From positions 19,220,001-19,284,000 of the forward strand of contig NC_088807.1 in assembly GCF_011386835.1 (NCBI RefSeq): DNA of 64,000 bases. Direction: 5' to 3'. The stretch comes from Chrysemys picta bellii (taxonomy: Eukaryota). How positions within the stretch are numbered: position 1 is the stretch's first letter; every line of letters begins with the position of its first letter. The notes under the pieces were generated by a model. It saw only the letters and a program-made list of their open reading frames with translations, was not told the origin of the DNA and did not search any database. Position numbers and translations under genes: made by a program. Shown here piece after piece: positions 1-10,900 of this stretch.

Positions 1-929
1 GGGGCGGAGCAGGGGGCTCGGCGGGGGGCGCTGGGGCTGCAGGGAGCGGGGGTGGGGGCTCGGCGGGGGCACTGGGCTACAGAGGGCGCTGGGCTGCAGG
101 GAGCAGGGCGGGGGCTCAGCGGGGGGTGCCGGGCTGCATGGAGCGGGGCAGGGGGCACTAAACTGCAGACTCTAGGTCTGATCCTGTGGGCTGCGGCTGG
201 CTCTGGGGTGGCTGCAGCTGGCAGCCAAGAGGAGATTTAGGACAGGAAGTGAAGAAGCAGCTCTTTTCCAGGCGGGGGGGGGACGGGACATCCCGATTCG
301 TTAACCCCTGCAGGGCTGGCTAATATCTCCCGGCAGAGCAGGCAGAGGGGGCTGCAGCGCAGAGCTCCAGACCCCAGCTGCCCCCTTTCCCCATTGGTGC
401 CATTCACTCCCTGTCCTCCCCCACCCTTCGTGGCTAAACCAGGGCCTGGGCTTTGCCCCGGCCGGGAGGGGGCAGGGTTGTTTTGCTCACAGACACACCC
501 CTCCCCCCAGCTGGGGAATCCCTTCAGCTCTGGGACCCAGGCATAGGCGGGACCTCAGGTAGGCCAGAATGAGGCCTTGGAGACCCAGACATGCAGGACA
601 GGGGATCTGCTGTCTGGGACGCCTGGGTCCCTGGCGCCGAGACCCCCTGCTCTAACCACCAGATCCCACTCCCCTCCCCGAGCTGGGATAGAACCCAGGA
701 GTCCTGGCTCCCAGCCCCCCCTGCTCTAACCACCAGACCCCACTCCCCTCCCCGAGCTGGGATAGAACCCAGGAGTCCTGGCTCCCAGCCCCGCTGCTCT
801 AACCACCAGACCCCCACTCCCCCTCCCCAAGCTGGGATAGAACCCAGGAGTCGTGGCTCCCAGCCCCCCGCTTTACCGTCCGCCCCTCGAGCCCCTGCGC
901 TGGGGGCCCCGTTTTCCAGCCCCACTCAC

Positions 930-984
930 CGGATCGGAACTTGCTGCGGATCAGCATGGAGCGCTCGGAGGCCAACAGGGTCAT
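930..984 (-). CDS. MAMSTR: MAMSTR (myocardin/MRTF family) first coding exon; later exons not identified in the window and probably lie left of position 1
   Basis: Minus strand ATG at 984 reads MTLLASERSMLIRSKFRS, then G|GTGAGT donor. This matches the myocardin/MAMSTR N-terminus (MTL..S....IRSKFRS-VLQLR). It lies downstream of RASIP1 on the same strand, as MAMSTR does in mammals. Confidence 0.8.
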
Positions 985-3299
985 GGTCAGGGCTGGGGGT
1001 GTCGAGCGCGAAGGGGGGGGGCACCTGGCCAGCTGCCCTGGGCTGGAGGGACCCCAAAACAATCCAGCAGGGAGGAGAGACCGAAGGAGAACGGGGGGGT
1101 CACAGACGGAGCTTGTGCCTGAACAACCCCTCCCCCGAAAGAGGGGCCCCCATAAATTGAGGGGGATGGAAATGCCCCAGGGTTGGATAATGGGGGGCAG
1201 GGAACTCTCAAAAACTTCCACTCAGTGGCTCCCAGCCCCCACCACTCCCCTCCCTGAGCTGGGATAGAACCCAGGTGTCCTGGCTCCCAGTCCCCCCACC
1301 CTAATCCTGTTGGGACAGAGATTATTCCCTGTATAGGGGGGTCATTTTAATTCTAGACACACACACCCTGGTTCCTTGCTGGGGGTCGGGGAAGAGCAGA
1401 TCTAGGGGGCTCTGTTTGGAGGGGGAGCAGAACAAAGGGATGGGGAGATCCGGGGGCCGATTTCAGGAGCTTGGGGGGCAGGATGGGACAGTTTAGAGGG
1501 AGGCCTATCTGGGGGACAGATTCGGGGGGATGGGGCAGGGAGTCAGAGAGCAGGATTTGGGGGGATCTGGTGGGGCACATTCTGGGGACATGAGGATCTA
1601 GGGGGCAGATTTCAGGGGGGCTATAGGGGGTCAGATTTGGGAGATCAGATTTTGGGGAAAAGGGATTGGGACAGATTTGAGGGCAGGGATGTCTTGAGGG
1701 GCAGATTGGGGTGGCTGGGGCAGGACTGGGTGAAGGGAGATCAACTGGGGGGTCAGGATTGGGGAGAGGGATGGGGTCAGGTTTGGGAGATCTAGGGGCC
1801 AAGCAGTGGGTTGGAGGCCCCAGGGGGCAGGTTGGGGGATCGGGGGGCTCCAGGGGGGCAATTTGGGGGATTGGGGAACTCCAGGGGGTGGATAGTGGGG
1901 ATTGGGGGGCTCCAGGGGGCAGGTTGGGGGGCAGTTTGGGAATTGGGGGGCTCCTGTGGGCAGGTTTGGGGGAATGGGGGCCCCATGGGACAGGTTTGGG
2001 GATTGGGGGCTTCAGGAAGCAGGATGGGGCCCCCAGGGGGCGGGTTGGGTGATCACAGGGCCCCAGGGGGTGGGTTGGGGGTACCAGGGGCCCCAGGGGT
2101 CAGGTCGGAGGCTCCAGGGGGCAGGCTGGGGAATCTGGGGCCCCAGAGGGTGGGTTGGTAGAATCGGGGGCCCCAGAGAGCAGGTGGAGGGATAGCGGGG
2201 CCCCAGGGGGGTGGGTTGGGGGTATCAGGGTCCCCAGGGGGTAGGCTGGGGAATCTGGGGCCCCAGAGGGTGGGTTGGTAGAATCGGGGGCCTCAGAGAG
2301 CAGGGTGGGGGGATTGCTGCTATCAGGAGCCCCGGGAGGCAGGCTGGGGGAATCGGGTCTCAAGGGGGCAGGTTGGAGGCTCCAGGGGGTGGGTTGGGCT
2401 CAGGAGCTCCAGGGGGGAAGTTGGGAGATCGGGGGCCCCAGGGGGTGGGCTGAGTCCATCATGGGGACCCAGAGAGCAGGTTGGGGGGCCCAGGAGGTGG
2501 GTTGGGGGTATCTGGGGCTTCAGGGGGCGGGTTGGGGGGATTGGGGGGCTCCAGGGGGTGGGTTGGAGAGGACTGGGGGGCAGGTTGGGGGATCGGGGGG
2601 CCCAGTGGGAGAGTTGGGGGGATTATGGGGGCCAGTGGGCGGGTTGGGGGATCGGAGACCCCAGGTGGCAGGTTGCGGGGGGTCGGGAGCCCCAGGGGGC
2701 GGGGTGCCGGTTGGGGGATCGGGGTCCCACCCACCAGCGCCGCGCGGTGACTGTCCCGGTCGCTGTCCGGCCCGGCTCGGTCGGTCTCTCCCCGCGGGTC
2801 CCGGCCCGGCTGCGTGGGGGGTGCTGGGGCCGGCCACGGGCGGGCTCTGCAGGCTGGGGGGCGGGGGGACCTTGGGCCGGTGATGTCACAGCTGTCCCCA
2901 TAAAGGGGGGGGGGGCGGCAGCTGCCACCTCCCCCCCCACGTGTGAAAAGGCCCCACCTGCCGGTCACCCGACACCGCCACTCGCGGGCAGGAACGCGCT
3001 GCTGGCTCAGCAGGGACCCGCCCCCCTGGGCTGGCCCTAGACCCCAGCCCCCTCCCAGAGCCGGGAGAACCCAGGAGTCCTGGCTCCTCCCCCCCTCCAC
3101 TCTAAGCATTAGTCCCCAGCCCCCTCCCAGAGCCGGGAGAACCCAGGAGTCCTGGCTCCGCCCCCCCCCCGCTCTAACCATTAGTCCCCAGCCCCCTCCC
3201 GTTTGGCCACTAGAGGGGGATGTGACTGTTGCACCTTCAGTCAGGACTCCTGGGTCCTATTCCTGGCTCAGCACCTGAACTCCTCACGCAAAACACAGA

Positions 3300-3710
3300 C
3301 CCGGAGTCGCCGAGATCGGGGCCCGTCGGGCTGGGCGCTGCCCAGACACAGAGTCGCCGAGATCGGGGCCCCGTCGGGCCGGGCGCTGCCCAGACACAGA
3401 GTCGCCGAGATCGGGGCCCCCGTCGGGTCGGGTGCTGCCCGGACACGGAGTCGCCGAGATCGGGGCCCCGTCGGGCCCGGGCGCTGCCCAGACAGTCACC
3501 GAGATCGGGGCCCCGTCGGGCCGGGCGCTGCCCGGACACAGAGTCGCCGAGATCGGGGCCCCGTCGGGCCGGGCGCTGCCCGGACACGGAGTCGCCGAGA
3601 TCGGGGCCCCGTCGGGCCGGGCGCTGCCCGGACACGGAGTCGCCGAGATCGGGGCCCCGTCGGGCCCGGGCGCTGCCCGGACACGGAGTCGCCGAGATCG
3701 GGGGCCCCCT
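3300..3710. repeat. CpG-dense minisatellite, ~48 bp unit, ~9 copies
   Basis: Unit CCCGGACACGGAGTCGCCGAGATCGGGGCCCCGTCGGGCCGGGCGCTG; period 48 (3531 to 3579). Confidence 0.95.
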
Positions 3711-4794
3711 CGCACTAGGTGTGGCCTGGACACATGTGTTGGGAGCCAGGGCTGCGCTGTGGGGGCCGTGTGGAGGGCAGTTGTGGGGCCCAGGGCGAGC
3801 CAGGGCCCGGCGCGCCGGGTGCCCTTTGCCCTTTGCCGGTGGCTGCAGTGGGGCGCTGGGGGATCCCGCGACAGGTGGCACCTGTCTCTGGCTGTCTGGG
3901 CCGAGCTGGATTTCACTGACGCTGCGGATCAGTTTCAGCTGCGGGTATTTAAAACCGGCCTGATGCCCACCCTGCCCCCAGCCATGGTCCCTCACGCCCC
4001 ACTCCCGGGCCCCACCTCTGCCTGGCCCTGTATCTCCATGTTCCCCCCAACCCCAGCTCCAGCCCGTGCTGATGCTAAGCCAGACGGAAAAAAGCGGGTG
4101 GGAGTGAGATGGGCTCTGCTCCCTACTGGAGTGTGGGGTGGGGTGGGGGGGGGCAGCCAGGACTCCTGGGTTCCATCTCCAGCTCTGGTGGGGGGGCGTG
4201 GTGTCTAGGGTGTAGAGCAGGGGGGCTGGGAGCCAGGACTCCGGGGTTTTGGGGGGGGCTGATTCCCCTCTCTGGGTGCCTGATGGGCGGTTCGGGGGGC
4301 AGGGCTGGGTGCTGGGGGGGTGGGGTGGCCTGCAGCCGGGCGAGATGAGCTCATGCGTCTTTCCCCAGCTAAAGTTTCCAGGATTAAATCACGCCCGGGA
4401 CTGACGCCATTGATAAATATAGACCCAGCTGGGCCAGCTCCGCTCCGACCACTAGACACCACTCCCCTTCCCCAGCCAGGGACTGAACCCAGGAGTCCTG
4501 GCTCCCAGCCCCCCCCCTCCCCCCCGCTCTAACCAGTAGGCCCCACTCTCCACCCAAAGCCAGGGAGAGAACCCAGGAGTCCTGGCTCCCAGCCCCCCCT
4601 CCGCTCTAACCACTAGACCCCCACCTCCCTCCCAGAGCCGGGGAGAGGACCCAGGAGTCCTGGCTCCCAGCCCCCACCACAAACACCCCAGCAGGGGCAG
4701 CATTGGTCTCTGTCCCACACACTTAGACACCCCCGCAGAGAGATGCTCCCAGCGCCCCCCGCTGGCAGAGACAGGCGCTGACAGAGAGACGCGA

Positions 4795-4800
4795 TTTATT
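4795..4800 (-). terminator. RASIP1 polyadenylation signal AATAAA
   Basis: tttatt on + strand, ~180 nt downstream of the RASIP1 stop. Confidence 0.7.
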
Positions 4801-4976
4801 GCTACACACAGTGGAATACACAGTTCGTTCCAAGCCCAGCGCTAGGGGAACCCCATCAGGGTCCCCGCTCTCCCACAGGGGAGACACTTTGGGGGACTAT
4901 TGGGGATCGCCCCCACTGTCCAGGCCCTATGATGTCTGACCCCCCCCCACGCTGGGTCGGGCGTCGGCAGATGCGC

Positions 4977-7900
4977 TCACTGGCCACCCTCCAGCCCGTG
5001 GGCCGCCCGCTGGTTGGCTGGCAGCGAGGCCTGCTCCAGGTCCCAGAGGAAGCGGCGCAGGCGGCACAGCTGGCGGTGGAGGGAGTCGTCCGTCACCGGG
5101 GCTGCGGGGCAGAGCAGGAACCCCCTCGCTGGGCAGGATCAGGGGCGGGGTGGTCAGAGAAACTCTCGAAGATCTCGCCTGGGGAGGGAGAGGGGTGAGA
5201 GGGTGGGCGGAGGCTGCGAGGCTGCGGGTCGGAGTGAGGGGCGCTGGCAGAGCCGGGGGGGCAGGGCTGGGCTGGCGGAGGCTGCGGGTCGGGAGTGAGG
5301 GGCGCTGGCAGAGCCGGGGGGGGCAGGGCTGGGCTGGCGGGGGCTGCGGGTCGGGAGTGAGGGGCGCTGGCAGAGCCGGGGGGGCAGGGCTGGGCTGGCG
5401 GGGGCTGCGGGTCGGGAGTGAGGGGCGCTGGCAGAGCCGGGGGGGGCAGGGCTGGGCTGGCGGGGGCTGCGGGTCGGGAGTGAGGGGCGCTGGCAGAGCC
5501 GGGGGGGCAGGGCTGGGCTGGCGGGGGGCTGCGGGTCGGGAGTGAGGGGGCGCTGGCAGAGCCGGGGGGGGCAGGGCTGGGCTGGCGGGGGCTGCGGGTC
5601 GGGAGTGAGGGGCGCTGGCAGAGCCGGGGGGGCAGGGCTGGGCTGGCGGGGGCTGCGGGTCGGGAGTGAGGGGCGCTGGCAGAGCCGGGGGGGCAGGGCT
5701 GGGCTGGCGGGGGCTGCGGGTCGGGAGTGAGGGGCGCTGGCAGAGCCGGGGGGGCAGGGCTGGGCTGGCGGGGGCTGCGGGTCGGGAGTGAGGGGCGCTG
5801 GCACAGCCGGGGGGGCCAGGGTTGGGCTGGCGGGGGCTGCGGGTCGGGAGTGAGGGGCGCTGGCAGAGCCGGGGGGGGCAGGGCTGGGCTGGCGGGGGCT
5901 GCGGGTCGGGGAGTGAGGGGCGCTGGCACAGCCGGGGGGGCAGGGTTGGGCTGGCGGGGGCTGCGGTTCGGGNNNNNNNNNNNNNNNNNNNNNNNNNNNN
6001 NNNNNNNNNNNNNNNNNNNNNNNNNNNNNNNNNNNNNNNNNNNNNNNNNNNNNNNNNNNNNNNNNNNNNNNNNNNNNNNNNNNNNNNNNNNNNNNNNNNN
6101 NNNNNNNNNNNNNNNNNNNNNNNNNNNNNNNNNNNNNNNNNNNNNNNNNNNNNNNNNNNNNNNNNNNNNNNNNNNNNNNNNNNNNNNNNNNNNNNNNNNN
6201 NNNNNNNNNNNNNNNNNNNNNNNNNNNNNNNNNNNNNNNNNNNNNNNNNNNNNNNNNNNNNNNNNNNNNNNNNNNNNNNNNNNNNNNNNNNNNNNNNNNN
6301 NNNNNNNNNNNNNNNNNNNNNNNNNNNNNNNNNNNNNNNNNNNNNNNNNNNNNNNNNNNNNNNNNNNNNNNNNNNNNNNNNNNNNNNNNNNNNNNNNNNN
6401 NNNNNNNNNNNNNNNNNNNNNNNNNNNNNNNNNNNNNNNNNNNNNNNNNNNNNNNNNNNNNNNNNNNNNNNNTGCACGGCCTTTGCCCACTGGTAGAAGG
6501 GCCCCCCGGTGCCTGGCGACGGAAGCAGGAGACCCACAGTCACAGCAGGGTGGGCTGGATGAGACCCCAGGGCAGCTGGGCCTCGGCCCCGCGCTGGGGG
6601 CAGGATCCAGCCACCCACCCACTCTCCAACTCACCCATCCATCCATCCATCCATCTTAACTCCCGGGCGTCCCCGCGACCTTCCCTCCCATCCGTCCCCC
6701 CCCTTTCCCCCCGGTCATCCCCCCCGCCTCCTCTCCCATCCGTCCCCCCCTTCCCCCCGGCCATCCCCCCGCCTCCTCTCCCATCCGTCCTCCCCGCCTT
6801 CCCCCTCAGCCATCTCTCCGACCTTCCCTCCCATCCGCCCCCCCCTCCCCCTCCCCTCCCATCCGTCTCCCCCTTCCCCCCGGCCATCCCCCCGCCTCCT
6901 CTCCCATCCGTCCTCCCGCCTTCCCCCCCCAGCCATCCCTCCGACCTTCCCTCCCATCCGCCCCCCCCTCCCCTCCCATCCGTCCCCCCTCCTTTCCCCC
7001 CGGCCATCCCCCCGCCTCCTCTCCCATCCGTCCTCCCCGCCTTCCCCCTCAGCCATCCCTCCGACCTTCCCTCCCATCCGCCCCCCGCCTCCCCTCCCAG
7101 GCGTCCCCCCAACCTTCCCTCCATCCGTCCCCCCACCTCCCCTCCCGGGCATCCCCCCGCAATCCCCCGCCTCCCCTCCTGGCCATCCCCCAGACCTTCC
7201 CCTCCAGCCACCCCCGATCCCCTTCCCTCCCAGCCATCCTCCCGACCTTCCCTCCCATCTGTCCTCCCACCTCCCCTCCCGGGCGATCCCCCCTCTTCCC
7301 TCCCAGCCATCCCCCCGACCTTCCCTCCCATCAGTCCCTCGCCTCCCCTCCCTAACATCCCCCCCACCTTCCCTCCCACCCATCCCCCCCCCCCGCTTTC
7401 CGCCCCGGCTATCCCCCCGACCTTCCCTCCCGTCCATCCCCCCACCTCCCCTCCCTGCCATCCCTGTCCCCTTTCCTCCCGGCCATCCCCCCGCCTTCCC
7501 TCTCATCCGTCCCCCCGCCTCCCCTCCCGGGCGTGTTCCCCTTCCCTCCCACCCGTCCCCCCAACCTTCCCTTCCAGCTACCCCCCTGCCTTCCTCCCCA
7601 GCTGTCCCCCTCACCTTCCCCCCAGCCGTCCCCCCAATCTTCTCTCTCATCCGTCCCCCCACCTCCCCTCCCGGCCACCCCCCACCTTTCCTCCCATCCA
7701 TCCACCTTCCCAACCCCGCATCCATCCATCCACCCCCGCCCCTCCTCATATCCTGACCACTCACCCACCATGAGACATGAGCAGTACGAAGGGGCAGGAG
7801 TGAAGCAGACTGTGATGTGTGGGGGGTGTGATGGTCGGGGGGGGGGAGGATAGGTGGGGGGGCAGGGAGCCAGGGGCTGAGACTGGGGGAAGGGGGGAAG

Positions 7901-10900
7901 ACACACAGCTGGGAGCCCTGCCCCAGAGTCAGGATTTAGGGTAGCCCCCAGCAACCCCCCCAATGCCCCTCCCCCGGATCAACCGTTCCCAAGCCCACAG
8001 TGGTTCCTGCCCCCCCCCCACTGACTGAGCCCCCTCCCCTCCTGCCTTGGTTCCTGGCACGGTGGGGGTGGGGAGGACCCATTTCCTGCCCTGCCCCCGC
8101 CCGGGGCCCATGGGCAGGAAGGAGCTGCCTTCCTGCTGCTCCCGGGATGGGACAATGGGAGGAAACAGGGGGAGGGCAGCTGGGATTTTGGGCTGCCTGT
8201 GATTCACTGAGTCTGGCTCAGGAGAACGGAGCCTCTGTCAGAGCCGGGGAGAGAACCCAGGAGTCCTGGCTCCCAGCTCCCCTGCTCTAACCACTAGACC
8301 CCACTCCCCCCCCCCCAGAGCAGGAGAGAACCCAGCCACTCACCTCTCTCCATGAGAGTGTTGAAGAGGGAGGCGTTGGAGAAGAAGAAGAGGTAGCCAA
8401 AGGTCTGGGATACCAGGTCGGGGTGTAGCTCACACTCCCGGGTCAGCTCCAGCGTGGCCTGGTAGATGGCCAGGGTGCCACGGATGCCCTCGGGCATGGT
8501 GCTCAGCTCCTGGGCATGGGACAGGTCCGCCGTGGCAGTGAAGGGGTTACTGTCCAGCAGGGGCGGGCAGGGCTGAGTACAGGGTCTGCCCAGAAAGGAA
8601 AGGGTTAAACACCAGGCATGGGCGGCAATAAGCCAGCAGGGCTTTAGGGGGCGCTGGGCTGCAGGGAGCGGGGGATTCAGCAGGGGGCGCTCTCCCTGGG
8701 CAGGCAGGACGGGCCCCAATGCCATAGGGGCAGCACTAGGGGGCGCTGGGCTGCAGGGGGGCTGAACTCACCTTGGTCAGGTAATACACCGACTGCTGGA
8801 ATGTGGACATGATGACCTCGTCCAGCACCGCCATGGCCTCGTCGCAGGTCTCCAGGTCGCTGGACAGCAAAGCATCATGGGAACTTCCTGGGGAGGAGAA
8901 AGGGGGGCCGGCTGTGGGGCTCTGTGAGCTGCGCTCGCTGCCAAGCTCATCCCATCCCTGTGGGATTCACCCCACCAGCCCCTACAGGGGAGAGAATCCA
9001 GGCGTCCTGGCTCCCAGCCCCCCCTGCTCTAACCACTAGCCCCCACCGCCCCTCCCAGAGCTGGGGAGAGAACCCAGGCGTCCTGCTCACCCTCCAGGTC
9101 GAGTTCTTTCTCCAAGTCCAGCACTTTCTTCTGGACCAGGTTGAGCAGCTCCATGGCGTTGGCCATCCAGAGCATCAGGGGGCGCAAGTCGGCCGCCACC
9201 TCTTCGATGCTGAGCGCCCCCACCTGGCCTTTGTCCTGTTGGCTGGGAGGGAGAGAGGGGTGGGAGGAGCGACTGGGGGATCATCGGAGCTGCTGGGACA
9301 CCTTGCCCCCCTCCCCAGGCCCTTTGGGACCCCGGGCAGTTCTTAGCAGCTTCCACTGAGACATACTCAGCTGTGAAGGGGTTAACTGCCCCTCTGGAGT
9401 GGGGCGCAGGGGCTGGGTATATGGGGACCCCTTGTTCAATGCTGGGATGTGGCCCCTCGGGTGGGGCGGGGCTGGGTATACGGGGACCCCTCACCTGGCG
9501 TTGGGACGTGGCCCCTCTTGGGTGGGTGTGGGGGCTGTGTATCTGGGGTCCCCTCGCCCGGCACTAAGATAGAACCCCTCTGGTGTGGGGGCTGGAGTCT
9601 GAGGACAGAGCACCCCCTACCCTGCCCCCTGCCGCAGAGGGGGGGCGAGACAGGGAGCCCCCACGCCCAGGGTGGGGTGTGACCGGGGTCCAGGGGTCTC
9701 ACTCACTTTTCCGGCTGCCGGTCCCCGACTTCCTTGATCTTCTCCTGGCAGGGAAGAAAGAGCTGATCCGGAACGGGCCTTGGGGCTGCTGTCACAGTCC
9801 CCCATCCCTGCCCCCCGATACACTTGGGGCCCCCAGCTCTGCCCCCACCCTGGGATACAAAGGGGACCCTGCCCCCAGCCATTCTTCCCTCAGCCTTTCC
9901 CCCACTCTGGGAGGGGTCCCTGACCCCCAGGGGAGGATTGGGATTTTGTGGGTCCCTGGGCCAGACCAAGTGGGGCCCCTCCCCCCACCCCTTCTACCTG
10001 CCGTCCGTCCCCACCCCCATGTGCTGCTGCTGGGGACATGGGGTCCCCCACCCGGCACTCCAAGCCCCACACCTCTAGTAGGAGCGCTGGGTGGGTGGGC
10101 AGAGCGGGTCGGGGCACCCATTTTTCCGGGGCCCCCCAATTGGCCCAGTGGCTAGTCCGCCCCTGCTGATCCCCAGCCCCGATCCCCCGTCCCACACCCC
10201 CTCTCGTTACCCAGACGGCCTCCTTGACCAGCTGGGCCATCCTGGCCACCAGGCGGGGGAAGTGGCTGGGCTCCAGCACGCGGGTGGAGTGCTCCAGGCA
10301 CAGGCCCAGGAGGAAGGCCGGGGCCAGGTTGAAGGCGGTGGCCCCCTGGAGCCGGATGATCTCCCTCAGCAGCGCCTCCTCCTCCTGGGGCCGGTAGCGC
10401 AGCTCGGGCTCCCGGCTCTCCACGTAGGCCTGGAAGGCGTCCTGCCTCTCCTGGAGGGAGCGCCCACAGGCTGGCACGAGAAGGCGCCCGCCAGCCCGGG
10501 CGAGACCCAGGGCCGGGGCAGCCAGGCCGGCCGGGGCTGGGGGGTCCGGGGGTCTTTGTACATGAAGAGGAAGTGCTGGCCCAGCCCCAGCAGGTCCCCG
10601 GGGTGCAGCTCGGCCTCGCGCACCAGGGCCCCCCCGTTGAGGGTGACGGCCGCCCCCCGGAAGGGCCGCACCAGGGCCGGCCCCGGGGCCGGCTCAGCCT
10701 CCCGCACGCAGCAGTGGCGGGGCAGGATGTCCGGGGCGCAGAGGAAGGTGTCCACGTAGCCCCCCTTGTCGGGCTGGGGGCGGCGCCCAAAGATGTGCCG
10801 GCGCCGGGTCATCACGTAGATCACAAAATCCTGGGGGGGTGACGGGGGGAAAATGGCGTCAAAACATGGGCGTGCCATCGGAAGCGGGCCTGCCCCGCCC

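Noticed and set aside
4927-6659. ORFs containing long X runs (also 47931-49153)
   Set aside because: Artefacts of reading through N gaps.
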